64,000 nt of DNA from Squalus acanthias (Eukaryota): NCBI GenBank assembly GCA_030390025.1, contig CM059432.1, forward strand, positions 38,256,001 through 38,320,000, given 5' to 3'. Under the pieces are notes generated by a model. It did no database searches, had not been told where the DNA came from, and worked only from the letters and a program-made list of their open reading frames with translations. The translations under genes and the position numbers were made by a program. Shown here one piece after another: positions 1-13,006 of the stretch; positions within the stretch are counted from its first letter, which is position 1, and the number at the start of each line of letters is the position of its first letter.

Positions 1-2
1 TT

Positions 3-168
3 GAAGTTCCGTGGAGGTTCACCCAATCTACTGCTGTAACTTCAGCAGAAGATCAGAGGAAACCCTGGAGAAATAGTGTAAACGGCTAAAATCAGCCGTT
101 CCACCAGGGGTTGCACTGATCCTCCAGCACAGTTACAGTAGTAGATTGGGTGAACGCCACGGAAATTC
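3..168. repeat. Short foldback (hairpin) element, MITE-like
   Basis: GAAGTTCCGTGGAGGTTCACCCAATCTACTGCTGTAACT at the start pairs with AGTTACAGTAGTAGATTGGGTGAACGCCACGGAAATTC at the end; imperfect complementarity continues inward. Confidence 0.75.
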
Positions 169-583
169 TTCGGTTTGAAATTTAAATTTTATACTAATCT
201 GAATGACAGCTTTTAAAAAACAAACTCTAAGTGCTAGAAATTTGGTATCGCCCTGGTTGGGGCGCTAAATTTTAAAAAGTTGTAGAATTAGCGCCAGGCG
301 CAAATCCTTCTGACCTCCCGCTAAATTGATTGTTAGCGCTCCGAGAGAGAACTGGAGCGCTAAATCGAGCACTAATCACCTAACTTAGGGTAATACACAC
401 AGAGCGGGGCGCTACCCACAGAGCGATAACCAGTTTCAGGTGCAGTCCAATCGGACTCATCATTCACACTGGCTCCTTCCAGTTCTTAAAGGGGAGGTTG
501 AAGATTCAGCACAACCTCATTCTCAACATTGCTGGCTCTGAAGGCGACCTCCAAGCAACTCAACAGCTACACCTCTTATCCTC

Positions 584-2040
584 ATGGCTGATCCCAGTCC
601 CAGGGAGAGAGCTCGTCATTTCAGCAACCAGGCATTGGAGGCAATGGTCGTAGCGATCGAAAGAAGGAGGGCAGTGCTGTTCCCGGCCACTGACAGGAAG
701 CCATTGCCCCAGGTCTTCAGGACAATGTGGAGGGAAGTGGCCCAGGACATCTCGGCCAGCAGTGTGGTCCTCAGGACCCTCACACAGTGCCATAAAAAAT
801 TCAACGACCTCACTCGGGTGGTCAGGGTGAGTCCATGCTTCAACAAGTCCTACATACCAGCATCTGAACCTCAGTCTGTACACACTGCACAAACCACCAC
901 ACCCCCATCACTCACCCACCAAGCATCTCCACCTACTCAAACTCACATCCACATCTCACGCCTTGCCTACAATCACAGCTATTCAACTATGGCAGGCACA
1001 TCTCCCAAACACATAGCTGCACGCTCACTCACACACTTTCCTTTCTCTTGCAGGCCAAACTGGGCCACAATAGGAGGGAGCAGCAATGAACAGGCGGGGG
1101 TGAAGTGGACATCCAACAGCTTACAGACCTGGAGGAGTGAGTGCTGAGAGTCATTTGGTGCCAGGTGGTGGGCACCGTGGCCGTCGGCGACGTTGACCCC
1201 TTTGGGGACAACAATGGTATGTCCACCCCCCCTCTTTTTCTCATCCCACACATCACCAGCCTTTCTCACTTTCCAGCTCATTATAATGTCTACATTCCTT
1301 GCTCCCTTCCTGCCCCCCTGCCCTCACCTTAACATGAGTCTTGTGCCTTTATGCTTTCAGGTAATCAGCATCCAGCTGACCAACCTGTCCCTGAGCCTCC
1401 CAGTGAGAGTGAGGCGGGAGAAGAGGAGGAGGAAGAAAGCACCGCGTCACTGCATGTTACACCCGCAGGCGCCACCTCAGATACTGGGACTACGTGATCT
1501 TTAGAGGCAGGTTTAGTAGAGGGGTCTGCACTGGGTGATGCACCGGGGACGAGTGGGCTGCAGCAAGGCCAGGGGGAAAGGGTAGCTCGGGAGACAGATC
1601 CCCAGAGGGCTAGGTCGCACGCGAGTTCTGCTGCAGAGGACTCAGATGAGGACCTCGATGGGGAGGCGTTCACAAGAAGGGTGATGGCCATGCACACCGA
1701 GATGATAGGTGCAATGGCAAGGGTGCCCGGGAGTCTGTCGGAAATGGTAAGGAGCGTGAAGGAGTCCACCTTCAACATTGCTCAGAGCTCTGCGCACGCC
1801 ATGGAGCCCATCCTTGGCAGTCTGCCAAGGATGGTGGACTCCCAGAGAGACCGTGGGGACCCAGACCTCATGTCGCGTGTCCTGGGCGATGTGACAGCAT
1901 CCATTGCAGCACAGGCAGAAGGTAGGCAACGTCTTAGAACTGCAATGCAGTCTATGCTTGGTGCCATCGATTCTCAGACTGCTCTCATGCAGTCTCAGCT
2001 TGATGCCACGCAAGCTCTGACTGCTGCCATCGTCGCTGGC
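584..2040 (+). pseudogene. Harbinger Myb/SANT-like DNA-binding protein gene, 3 exons (584-826, 1054-1216, 1361-~2040), disrupted
   Basis: Exon 1 RERARHFSNQALEAMV...WREVAQ...RTLTQCHKKFNDL is a Myb/SANT (trihelix-like) motif; GT-AG junctions at the same positions as in copies 2 and 3; in-frame TGA stops in exon 2; 3' end lost. Confidence 0.8.
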
Positions 2041-3095
2041 GAATTGAGTTGCTGCCTCTTCCCTCGCTCCTGTTCCTCCTCTGCCGCCTCATCCTCCTCC
2101 TCTCCCTCTTCCTCCTCCTGAGGTGTTCCCGCTATGCCTGGTGGCCATGGCTGGGCCCTCATGATGGCCAAGTTGTGCAGCATGCAGCACACCACACCGA
2201 AAAGGGACACCCGCTCAGCCGAGTACTGGAGGGCTCCTCCCGAGTGGTCAAGACAGCAGAACCATTGCTTGAGCACTCCAATGGTCAGCTCAATGATGTT
2301 CCTGATGGCAGCATGGCTCTCATTATATGAGTGCTGGGCAGGAGTGTTGGGGTTGCGGAGGGGAGTCATAAGCCAGGTGGAGAGCGGATAGCCCTTGTCT
2401 CCGACCAGCCAGCCGCGAGCTTGATGTGGTAGCTGGAAGAGTGCTGGCACACCGGTCTGGCGCAGGATGAAGACATCATGGCTGCTGCCAGGATAGCGGG
2501 CATTGATGGTGAGGATTCGCTGTCTGCGGTCGCACACCAACTGGACATTAAGTGAGTGGTAGCCTTTGCGGTTACGGAAGACCTCAGGATTTTTACGAGA
2601 TGCGCGCAAAGCGATATGGATGCAGTCAATGGCGCCCTGCACCATGGGGAAGCCCGCTATCCTGGCAAATCCACATGCACGCTCGTCCTGCTTCTCCCTG
2701 GTGATGGGGAAGGAAATGTAGTCCCTTCTCCTTCTGCAGAGAGCATCTGTGACCTCCCGGATGCAGAAATGGACAGCGAACTGCGAGCTGTTAGCTATGT
2801 CTCCTGCTGCAGACTGGAAGGATCCACTGGCGTAGAAATAGAGGGCGATGGTGACCTTGACTGCCACTGAGAGAGCTGTGGTGGGCCTGACCTGAGGCTT
2901 GAGGTCTGGCTGCAGGAGGTGGCAGAGCTCTGTGACCACCTCCTTGTTGAAGCGGAGCCTTCTAAGACACTGCCTCCTGTTGACAGCCCTGTTGGCCCTC
3001 CTCCCTCTAGCCACATTTTCCAATCATTGTCTCTGCCTCCGCTGCCTCTGACATTGATGCTGGAGGGCGAGGTCGAGTGCCAGTACAGCCCCCAC
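2041..3095 (-). pseudogene. Harbinger (HARBI1-like) DDE transposase, degenerate
   Basis: ORF 1995-3023 has GAIDCIH, LVGDKGY, IIELTIG motifs; upstream GTG start and a TGA stop, an N-terminal deletion relative to copy 2, and a C-terminus fused to the antisense of the Myb gene. Confidence 0.88.
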
Positions 3096-4092
3096 TAACG
3101 TATCCAAGTGTAGGAGTTAGAAATCTCAGCACAATGAAATTGACACATTTTTCACAGGCAGAACACTCCTGAAAGTAACAAACGTTTATCTCACTGAAAA
3201 CGGCTGTTATCCTATGTGAACCTGAGAAGGCAGCATTGATTGGTGACTAAAATCAAACCGGATGTTGATCCCTTTAAATACCGCTCTTACAGCGGCCATC
3301 CAACTGCATCCCGCTTCCTCTTCCTGCCGTTGTTCAGGCCAGGCGCTAAGGCAGGGGGCGGCAGTCAATTTTGCATCTGGGCCGTTAACGGGGCGTTCCA
3401 AAGTCATTGATGTCACGATCTGGGAGCTGCTAAAGGCGTAGGCGCTAAATGTTATCGGGAGCGCTAAATCCCGGGTGAACGTCGCGTGCGGCGATGGATT
3501 CGCCGACCCCGCCACAAACCCATTAGCGCCCCCCCCCCCAGGCGCTAACGGGAGGCATTAACATGCCGAACTTCTCCCCCTAAAGGTCAGAATAGGGAAT
3601 CTTAGCAGTGCCCATTTTATATGGGTGCACATCACTGAAAGAGTGCACAGGTGATAAAGCACAATGGTTTTGGCTTGGGATCAATTACTTTGGATAGCCT
3701 AAAATGAAGAGATGTAATGAGATTCCTGCACGCTCTGTGCAACGGCTCCAGAAACCTGTTAAGTTTGTAGCTCACTGAATTGGGCAGTCCGAGGCTGCTT
3801 GCCCGGTTCAGAAAAGTGCGTTTCCGGATAGTTAGGGTGTATTCTGTCAGCACATCCACTGCTAAATCAGGCCTTAGATCTTTATCTGCCTTTCTATTGG
3901 CATAAATTTTCATCTTTAGTACTCCTGGCATAAAGACTCACGTGCCAAGAATTTGGCCATGTGCCTTGCCCCAATTTTCCGCCCATTAAAATTAATGGTA
4001 AAACTGTCCACAAGGCCACATGACCAAGCTTAATAGCATTAACCCGGTTGTCAGCTGCTGGTTGAGGGGCCGATTATGATTTAAAGGAAAAA

Positions 4093-4467
4093 AGAAAGAA
4101 CTTGCACTTTTATAGCGCCTGTCGTGACCTCAGGACGTTCCAAAGCGCTTTAAAGCCAATGAAGTACTTTTGAATTGCAGTCACTGTTGTAATGTAGGAA
4201 ACACAGCAACCAATTTGCACACAGCAAGCTCCCACAAATAGCAATGTAATAATGACCAGATAATCTGTGATGTTGTTTGGGAGATAAATATTGGCCAGGA
4301 CACCGGGGATAACTCCCCTGCTCTTCTTCAAAATAGCGCCATGGGATCTTTTACATCCACCTGAGAGAGCAGACGGTGCCTCGGTTTAACATCTCATCTG
4401 AAAGACGGCACTTTCAACAGTGCAGCGCTCCCTCAGCACTGCACTGGATTGTCAGCCTAGATTTTTG
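4093..4467 (-). mobile_element. Deu-domain SINE (SacSINE1/AmnSINE-like), 5'-truncated
   Basis: Minus strand has GATGTAAAAGATCCCATGGCGCTATTT...GAAGAGCAGGGGAGTTATCCCCGGTGTCCTGGCCAATATTTAT, which I recognise as Deu-domain-like, and an L2-type tail (AGGCGCTATAAAAGTGCAAGTT) matching the tail at ~49970-50000. Confidence 0.65.
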
Positions 4468-4504
4468 GAAGAAGATCATTCGAAAAGGCCCTTTAACCTG
4501 AGCA

Positions 4505-5150
4505 TTACTGATTAAAAAGTTTAGTGGAATGTTGGCCTTTTTCTCAAGAGGGCTGGAATACAAAGGGGTGGAAGTTATGTTACAGCTGTACAGAGCTCTG
4601 GTGAGACCCCATCTGGAGAACTGTTCTCAGTTCTGGGCACCGCACCTCAGGAAGGATATAGAGGGGGTGCAGCGCAGATTCACCAGAGTGATACTGGGGC
4701 TAAAAGGGATACATTATGAGGACAGGTTGCATAGAATAGGCTTGTATTCCCTTGAATATAGAAGATTAAGGGGTGATCTAATTGAGGTGTTTAAGATGAT
4801 TAATGGATTTGACAGGGTAGATAGAGAGAAACTACTTGCTCTGGTGGCAGAGTCCAGAACAAGGGAGCATAACCTTAAAATTAGAGCTAGGCCATTCAGG
4901 GGTGATGTCAGGAAGCAATTCTTCACACAAAGGATAGTGGAAATCTGGAACTCTCTCTCCCAAAAAGCTGTTGAGTCAAGGTCAATTGAAAATTTCAAAA
5001 CTCAGATTAATAGGTTTTTGTTAGGCAAGGGTATTAAGGGTTACGGAATCAAAGCGGGTAGATGGAGTTAAGATACAGATCAGCCATGATCTAATTGAAT
5101 GGCCGAACAGGCTTGGGGGGTTGAATGGCCTAATCTTGTTCCTATGTTCA
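4505..5150 (+). mobile_element. CR1 LINE 3' fragment
   Basis: ORF 4529-5071 [11 protein letters not shown]...RRLRGDLIEVFK...FFTQRIVEIWNSL (CR1 ORF2 C-terminus) followed by the CR1 3' UTR. Confidence 0.9.
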
Positions 5151-5504
5151 TAAATCAACACTAAATTCACAGTTTAGATTACTCTCCAAAGTATATTGTT
5201 CCCATGGCAACCGACAATGATTTTCAAAACATGTGTCATTGAAATGGACTGTTTCAAGGATACTTAATAACATATTCCATTCTCCTCCTAAATCTACTGC
5301 AATAAAAAGAAAAAATAACAGTATGCACAGAATTATGGGTCCTTACTAAAAACAACTGAATCCTTTGATTTTTAACATTTGTAATTAAAGTTGCTAACCA
5401 TCTCTTTATGCTATATATGCACTGTATAGCTGACAGTTAATCATAGTGATAGTTTGCTGTGGTGAGCAATAAGTCAAAGCTTGAGTGATTGTACAACAAA
5501 GAAC

Positions 5505-6990
5505 TAGCCGCGCCTCTAGCCAAGCTGTTCCAGTACAGCAACAACACTGGCATATACCTGAAAATGTAGAAAACAGCCCAGGTATGTCCTGTCCACAAAA
5601 AGCAGGACAAATCCAATATGGCCAATTACCGCCCCATCAGTTTACTCTCAATCATCAGCAAAGTGATGGAAGGTGTCGTCGACAGTGATATCAAGCGGTA
5701 CTTACTCACCAATAACCTGCTCACCAATGCTCAGTTTGGGTTCCGCCAGGACCACTCGGATTAGAGCCTTGGTCCAAACATGGACAAAGGAGCTGAATTC
5801 CAGAGGTGAGATGAGTGTGACTGCCCTTGATATCAAAGCAGCATTTGACTGACTGTGGCATCAAGGAGCCCTAGTAAAATTTAAATCAATGGGAATCAGG
5901 GGGAAAACTCCCCACTGGAGTCACACCTAGCACAAAGGAAGATGGTTGAGGTTGTTGCAGGCCAATCATCACAGCCCCAGGACATCGCTGCAGGAGTTCC
6001 TCAGGGCAGTGTCCTAGGCCCATCCATCTTCAGCTGCATCATCAATGACCTTCCCTCCACCATAAGGTTAGAAGTGGGGATGTTCACTGATGACTGCACA
6101 GTGTTCAGTTCCATTCACAACTCTTCAGATAATGAAGCAGTCCATGCCCGCATGCAGCAAGACCTGGACGACATTCAGGCTTGGGCTGATAAGTGGCAAG
6201 TGACATTTGCGCCACACAAGTGCCAGGCAATAACTATCTCCAACAAACAAGAGTCTAACCACCGTCCCTTGACATTCAATGGCATTACCATCGCCGAATC
6301 CCCTACCATCAACATCCTGGGGGGGGTCACCATTGACCAGAAACTTAACTGGACCAGCCACATAAATGCTGTGGCTACAAGAGTGGGTCACAGGCTAGGT
6401 ATTCTGCAGTGAGTGTCTCACCTCCTGACTCCCCAAAGCCTTTCCACCATCTACAAGGCACAAGTAAGGAGTGTGATGTAATGCTCTCCACTTGCCTGGA
6501 TGAGTGCAGCTACAACAGCACTCAAGAAGCTCGACACCATCCTGGACAAAGCAACCTGTTTGATTGGCACCCCATCCACCACCTTAAACATTCACTCCCT
6601 CTACCACCAGCGTACCCTGGCTGCTGTGTGTACCATCTACAAGATGCACTGCAGCAACTTACCAAGGCAACTTTGACAGCACCTCCAAACCTGTGACCTC
6701 TACCACCTAGCAGGGCAAGGGCAGCAGGCGCATGGGAACACCACCACCTCCACGTTCCCCTCCAAGTCACACAACATCCTGACTTGGAAATATATCGCTG
6801 AACCTTCATCATCACTGGGTCAACATCCTTGACCTCCCTCCCTAACAGCAATGTGGGAGTACCTTCACCACACGGACTGCAGTGGTTCAAGAAGGCGGCT
6901 CACCACCACCTTCTCAAGGGCAATTAGGGATGGGCAATAAATGCCGGCATTTCCAGCGACAGCCACATCCCAGGAACAAATTTAAAAAAG
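5505..6990 (+). mobile_element. CR1-clade LINE 3' half (RT region), second family, degenerate
   Basis: GVPQGSVLGPSIF...MFTDDCTV...WADKWQVTF RT motifs (5942-6412); frameshifts and stops elsewhere. Confidence 0.85.
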
Positions 6991-8770
6991 TATTAAGTGT
7001 GAAATTAGGCAAATACCCAAGCTCTGAAAATTGTGGACTGCAATCCCACCAGTTACGCCTTCCAACGCTGACTCCGGCAGAGTTTGCAGGGTAAGAGGGA
7101 GGGCATCTGTTTAGCGTGGGGCCAGTGGCTGCCCACCCCACTACAGGGGCATCTCAGAAACCTGCCTGGCCCATGCTGCACCTGGCTACCACTACACGCT
7201 GTGCATCTCTGGAAATGTGATGGTCTGTCTGTGTTTGTTGCATTGTTGTGAGTTGATTCATCCCTATAAACTTCATGCTTATGCAACTAAATAGATTTTT
7301 GATGAACTTGCAAATCTTTGGCATCCCTAAAATAGAAATTCTGTAATAAACTGCAACTCCAATGATTTTTTTCTCTCTCAGTCTGACTGGTCTCAGATTG
7401 CTATCATTGAAGCCCTAGGCTCCAAGAAACAACAAGCTCTCTGCTCCTCTTTGAACAGGCTTGCCAATTGCATGGAAAGAGCTTAGAAGCTGCAGAAGTG
7501 GCACAACCTGCAGATGGGCCATCTCAAACTCATACTCACAGAGGTCAAGGTCCCCCCACCCCCCGCCCCTGCTCAATCTGAAGAGCCTCTCCTGAATACA
7601 TAGCAGCCTCCCCTGTCACTGTAGAGGTACCACAAGATTAGATTCTGGAACCCGTCAGTCACACAGTCACCAAGTGGAAGCACCTGGGTGGAAAACAATA
7701 ATGCACATAGCTCACATGTCGGGAAATAAGAAGTGGCTGCACTGAAACTGTGCTGTGTACACAGATACTTCTGGTTATGGTATTGGATCGTGTATTGGCG
7801 GGTGACAGGAATGGTATCTTTGACTGTTCAGTAGGTGGTGATGGCAATGTAGGAGAAAGCATAGCCATTAAAGACATGCTGGTAACATAGGGAGGACTGC
7901 TCACGCATCATTCAGTGTGAGCAGATACCGAATTTCCCAGCGTGCATCAGGGACAGAGAGAGAGGAGTTGTGTGTGAGAGAGGGGATGCTTGTGTCTGGG
8001 AGAGAGAGAGAGAGAGAGAGCGTGCCTTTATGTGTGTGGGAGAGACAGTGACGCTGAAAATTTGCAGGGATCCCACCTCATGTTCTGCCTCCCTCAGCCC
8101 ACCTAATATTGAAGTAGGTATCCAACTGGCTACTATAATATCTGGCTGTACAGTTAGCTGAGCCTGCTCAATGGCACTGTTTAAAATTAGAATTTGGCTT
8201 AAATTGCCAGTAAGTGGAGGATATGCCAATTATATGAGCAACTGTTACAGTAAACATTTGCAAACATCCTTCATTCTTAGGCAGGTTGAGAGAAGCAAAA
8301 CAGCAGCACTTCAAAACATACCAATTAGAATTAAAGTTCCATGGTATAGCATACATGATATTATAAAATAGCGGGGGCGAAGACACTTCTACTTACCACT
8401 ATGAAACCAGCTGGTATTCTGCAATTTTTTTCCTCCAATTTTATTTTCTTTCTTCTTTATTATTCTGGCACATTTCTCTGCCTGCCTGTCTGTCTAGCTG
8501 TCTGGCACTCTCTCACTCTCAGTCAGGTACAGCAGTCAGCCAGTTGTGATTAAAAACTACTGTTATTCATCGCAGAAATGGTTTCATTAAATTCAGGCTA
8601 AAGTTGTAGCTGTCAAATAAGAAGACTTCGAAAATAGGCATTTTCTCTGTAAATCAAAGTCACAGATCATGAAATAATCTACCTTAAAGTTGCTTCAATG
8701 CTTCTTGCATGGCTAGATTTACAAAATACAATGTTCTGAGCAAAATCAATACAAATGATAATATTAATAG

Positions 8771-9148
8771 GAACATAGAAACAATAAGATCATGGCTGCT
8801 CTGTAGCTCAACTCCATTTATATGCCTTTATTCCATATCCCTTGATACCCTTACCTAATAAAAAAATCTGTCCAGCTCAGTCTTGGAAATTTCAAATTGA
8901 CAATGTGAAAAATGTTTCTTGATTTCACATCTGAACAAGCTCTAATTTTAAGATTGTGCCCCCTTGTTCTGGAATCCCCAATTACATGAAATAGTTTCTC
9001 TGTACCTACCCAATCGAATCCTTTTGTCATTTTAACCACCTCGATTAGATTACTCCTCAACTTTCTACACTCAGTGGAATACAAGCCAAGTTTATGCAGC
9101 CTGTCCTCATAATTTAACCTTTTAAGTCCCAGTATCATTCTGATAAAT
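8771..9148 (-). mobile_element. CR1 3' fragment
   Basis: LKRLNYEDRLHKLGLYS...TRGHNLKIRA in ORF 8851-9252. Confidence 0.8.
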
Positions 9149-9253
9149 CGGCATGTAAACAGTAAGCGGGTAGTAAGAGGCAGGGTGAGGACTATTAGAG
9201 ACAAAGAAGGTGATATATGCTTAGAGGCGTAGGGCAAGGCTAGAATATTCAAT

Positions 9254-9979
9254 GGGCTGGATTTTCATTGACCCGTGGAGGCGGGTTTGGAGGCGTGTGG
9301 GGGGTTAAAATTGCAAAAACTGGCGGGCGGGCACAAGTCCGCCTCCATCCCGCCTCCACACAATTTTCATTAAATCGTGTCTGCTGGTCCCGACTCCGTC
9401 CCACCTTTAAGAGGCGGGATAGGCTGTTAAGGCCCTTAACAAGCACTAAATTGGCTCTATAATGCCATTTTAAAAGGCCTTTGTGATTTTAACCCTTGAT
9501 CAACGTGAAGCACGCCTGTTCTGAACCACGATTGTGAAAACTGGTGGGAGCACATTTGGATAGCTGACTATCAGCTGCAGGTCCACTATTACAACGGAGA
9601 TGTGATGAAGGTAGTAGTAGTATTAGGTCTGAGTCGCCTCTGAAGCTCTTCAGAGACTGCCTGGCCTTTGCTGTGAGAGGACCTGGATGGAAAAAAAAAT
9701 TCATTCTCTCTCTCTCTCTCCACAGACTTCCATCCAGGTCCTCTCACAGCAAAGGCCAGGCAGTCTCTGAAGACATTCAATACAGCAGCAATGATGACAT
9801 CATCAGAGGTGACTTTCAGACTGAAAACACGAATTGGTTCATGGGTTCCCACATTCTGGAACTCAATTGCCCAATTAGGTGAAAATTGCATCAATCTCCC
9901 ACATCCAATTGCAGTCGGGTGGATAACACGAAAAGTGGATAACACATCCCCAACCCACCCCAGTATCAAAATCCAGCCC
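9254..9979. mobile_element. Non-autonomous TIR element (Harbinger-type MITE) with internal perfect hairpin
   Basis: Perfect 12-bp TIRs GGGCTGGATTTT / AAAATCCAGCCC; flanks AAT/AAA; CR1 sequence resumes on either side. Confidence 0.8.
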
Positions 9980-11551
9980 AAAGAGTACTTTGTATCGGTG
10001 TTTACTAAGGAGGTGGATGCTGAAAAAATATCGGTCGAAGTGGAAAAGGTAAAAGCAATGGAAGGGGTGAAAATTGATAGACAGGATGTACTAGAAAGGC
10101 TGGGTATGCTTAGAGTGGACAAGTCACTTGGTCCAGATGGCTTGCATCCCAGGTTGCTAAGGGAATTGGGGGAGGAGATAGCGGAAGGGCTTGCCATAAT
10201 TTTCCAAACTTCCCTAGATGCGGGGGAGGTGCCTAGGGATTGGAAAGTGGCAATGTGACACCATTGTTCAAGAAAAGGTGTAAGGACAATCCCAGTAACT
10301 ATAGGCCAGTCAGTTTAACATCAGTGGTGGGTACAGTTTTAGAAACAATAATCAAAGAAACAATTAACAGGGCACTTGGAGAGGTTTAAGCTAATTAAGG
10401 AGAGCCAACACAGATTTGTAAAAGGCAGATCGTGTTTGACAAATCTAATTGAATTTTTTGACGAAGTAACAGAGAGGATTGATGAAGGGAACGCAATGGA
10501 TGTTGTCTACATGGATCTTCGGAAGACAAAGTACCACATAGAAGGCTAGTTAACAAAATTGAGGCTCATGGAATAGGTGGGTCAGTGGCAGCTTGGATAA
10601 GGAATTGGCTGAAGGACAGAAAACAGTGAGTTGTGGTAAATGGCTGTTTTTCAGACTGGAGGATGGTAGACAGTGGTGTTCCCCAAGGAGTCTGTGCTGG
10701 GGCCACTGCTTTTTTTGATATATACAAATGACCTAGATATTGGAATACAGAGTAGAATTTCTAAATTTGCCGATGACACCAAACTTGGGGGTGTGGCAAA
10801 CAGTGAGGATGATACCAATCGACTGCAACAGGACATAGAAATGGGCAGACAAGTGGCAGATGGAATTTAATACAGAGAAGTGTGATGTGATGCATTTTGG
10901 CAGAAAGAACAGGGAGAGGCAATATGCACTTAGTAGCACAGTTTTAAAAAGTGTGCACGGACAGAGGGACCTGGGAGTTAATGTGCATAGGTCCCTGAAG
11001 CTGGCAGGACATATTGAGAGAGTGGTTAACATGGGGTAAAAATTCACTTGGTTGCGCCTCCCGTTAGCGCCTTAAGAGGGCGCTAATGGGGCATTAAGCC
11101 ACTAACGCCCAGGCGCAGCGATGTTTGCGCCGCTCGAGAACTTAACTTGAGATTGTGCGGCGGCGCTAAAACTTACCGCTGCGACCACCTGCGCGCGCAG
11201 ATTGTGACGTCATTCCATGGTGCAACGCCCTTGGGGCGCCCCGGAGCGGAAATTGAGTGGCGCCCCCTGCCTTACCGCCTGGCGCTTCCAACGACCGGAA
11301 GACTGGAACGCTATCAATCGGTGTGGGGCTGGGGGGGGGGCGCTATTTAAAGGGGGCCTCTTCCTGTCTTTTTCTGTGGTCGACATTTATGCACCACTCG
11401 TTCTGAGAGAGAGAGAGAGATTCGGAGAGAGAGAGAGAGAGAGAGAGACTTCTACATTGACTCAACGCTTTGTGAGGTAGTTTTGCCTATTCATCCTAAC
11501 TTTGTTGCTACTTTAGTTGCTGTACCTCATTACTTTTCTGGCAAAGAGAAT

Positions 11552-12712
11552 ATGGGGGCTGCAATGATTGGGGGCGTCGTCCTGCTCCAGCTGAATCGGA
11601 GGATACCGAGACGCAGACAGAGAGTGGCAATGATGGCCAGACGGAGGAGGGCCATCAGGCGCATGTACAGGAGAGCTTACCCTCCCAGGGTATATCGTGA
11701 ACAGCTCTCCTACATCCATATGTCCGAGGAGCTGTGTTTGCGAAGGCTGCGATTCAGCAAGGAGGTGGTCACTGAGCTCTGCCACCTGCTGCAGCCAGAT
11801 CTGCAGCCTCAGCTGAGGTCCAGGACGTCTCTGTCGGTGGCAGTGAAGGTCACAGTGGCTTTGAACTTCTACGCCACTGGCTCATTCCAAGCTGCTGTTG
11901 GGGACCTCGCCAATATCTCCCAGTTTGCGGTGCATCGCTGCATCCGGCAGGTCACCAATGCCCTCTTCAGAAGGAGACGAGACTTCATCTCTTTCCCTAT
12001 GACCACAGACAAGCAGCGTGACCGTGCTTTGGGCTTTGCGAGGGTAGCGGGCTTCCCCATGGTGCAGGGCGCCATTGACTGCACGCATGTGGCTTTGCGT
12101 GCTCCGCGAGAGAATGCAGAGGAATTCAGGAACAGAAAGGGGTTCCATTCCTTGAATGTGCAGTTGGTCTGTGACCACAGACAGGTGATACTCGCTGTCA
12201 ATGCCCACTATCCGGGCAGCTGCCACGATGCTTTCATCCTGCGCCAGACTACTGTGGCAGAAGTTTTCGAGGCACCGCATCAGCCAGTTGGTTGGCTTCT
12301 GGGGGACAAGGGGTACGCATTGAGCACCTGGCTGATGACACCGCTCCGTACGCCAAACACCCCTGCTGAGCTGCGGTACAATGAAAGCCATCAAGCAACC
12401 AGGAACATTATTGAGCGCACAATCGGCGTGCTGAAACAACGGTTCCGCTGTCTGGACCATTCCGGAGGAGCCCTGCAGTACTCGCCTGAGCAAGTTTCGA
12501 ACTTCATAGTCGTGTGCTGCATGTTGCACAACATGGCAATCCTCAGGACCCAGCCAATGCCACCAGGCCTTGTAGCACCACCAGAGGAGGAGGAGGAAGA
12601 GGAGGAAGAGGACGAGGACGATGATCATCAGCAGCACCAAGGCAGGAGGGCGGCCCACAATGGTCAAACTGCAAGGGCCGTCCGTCAACGACTAATAGCA
12701 AGCCGCTTCTAG
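11552..12712 (+). CDS. Harbinger DDE transposase, apparently intact (386 aa from ATG 11552)
   Basis: Uninterrupted ORF with helix-turn-helix region and catalytic D (GAIDCTH), D (LLGDKGY), E (IIERTIG); acidic tail and terminal VRQRLIASRF helix typical of Harbinger transposases. Confidence 0.93.
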   Translation: MGAAMIGGVVLLQLNRRIPRRRQRVAMMARRRRAIRRMYRRAYPPRVYREQLSYIHMSEELCLRRLRFSKEVVTELCHLLQPDLQPQLRSRTSLSVAVKVTVALNFYATGSFQAAVGDLANISQFAVHRCIRQVTNALFRRRRDFISFPMTTDKQRDRALGFARVAGFPMVQGAIDCTHVALRAPRENAEEFRNRKGFHSLNVQLVCDHRQVILAVNAHYPGSCHDAFILRQTTVAEVFEAPHQPVGWLLGDKGYALSTWLMTPLRTPNTPAELRYNESHQATRNIIERTIGVLKQRFRCLDHSGGALQYSPEQVSNFIVVCCMLHNMAILRTQPMPPGLVAPPEEEEEEEEEDEDDDHQQHQGRRAAHNGQTARAVRQRLIASRF

Positions 12713-13006
12713 GGCCCCTGCCATTGCTACAAACACTAATCAACCCAGCACGCAACCCCTAAGCCGGCCAAGGCACCAATAATTCCAACCACCAGCCATG
12801 TATATTTTGAATACAGAAACTTATTTATTTTACAAACTCTGTGTGTGTCATTTCCTCATGACAAACTAATAGAAAGAAACACAAAAACACAGTCATTAAC
12901 ATAACTGGTTCTCACAACCTGGAGATAATGTTCAAAACACTAAATAAAAGTTTGACCACGAACCTCGGCCTTTAATAAAAAAATGACCAACATTTTGTCA
13001 CACCTC

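Larger units (their letters stand above)
231..3580. mobile_element. PIF/Harbinger DNA transposon copy 1 (degenerate, internally deleted)
   Basis: TIR-like ends GTGCTAGAAATT / AACTTCTCCCCC, TAA on both flanks (228-230, 3581-3583), convergent Myb/SANT gene and DDE transposase, many GGCGCTAA/TTAGCGCC subterminal motifs. Confidence 0.9.

Noticed and set aside
11552..12712. Domesticated host HARBI1 gene
   Set aside because: Flanked by TIRs, inserted in a CR1 and accompanied by decayed paralogues, so a transposon copy
11869..12755. Long antisense ORFs over the transposase (and 42554-43477 over the Myb gene)
   Set aside because: Shadow frames of GC-rich coding sequence with no recognisable motifs
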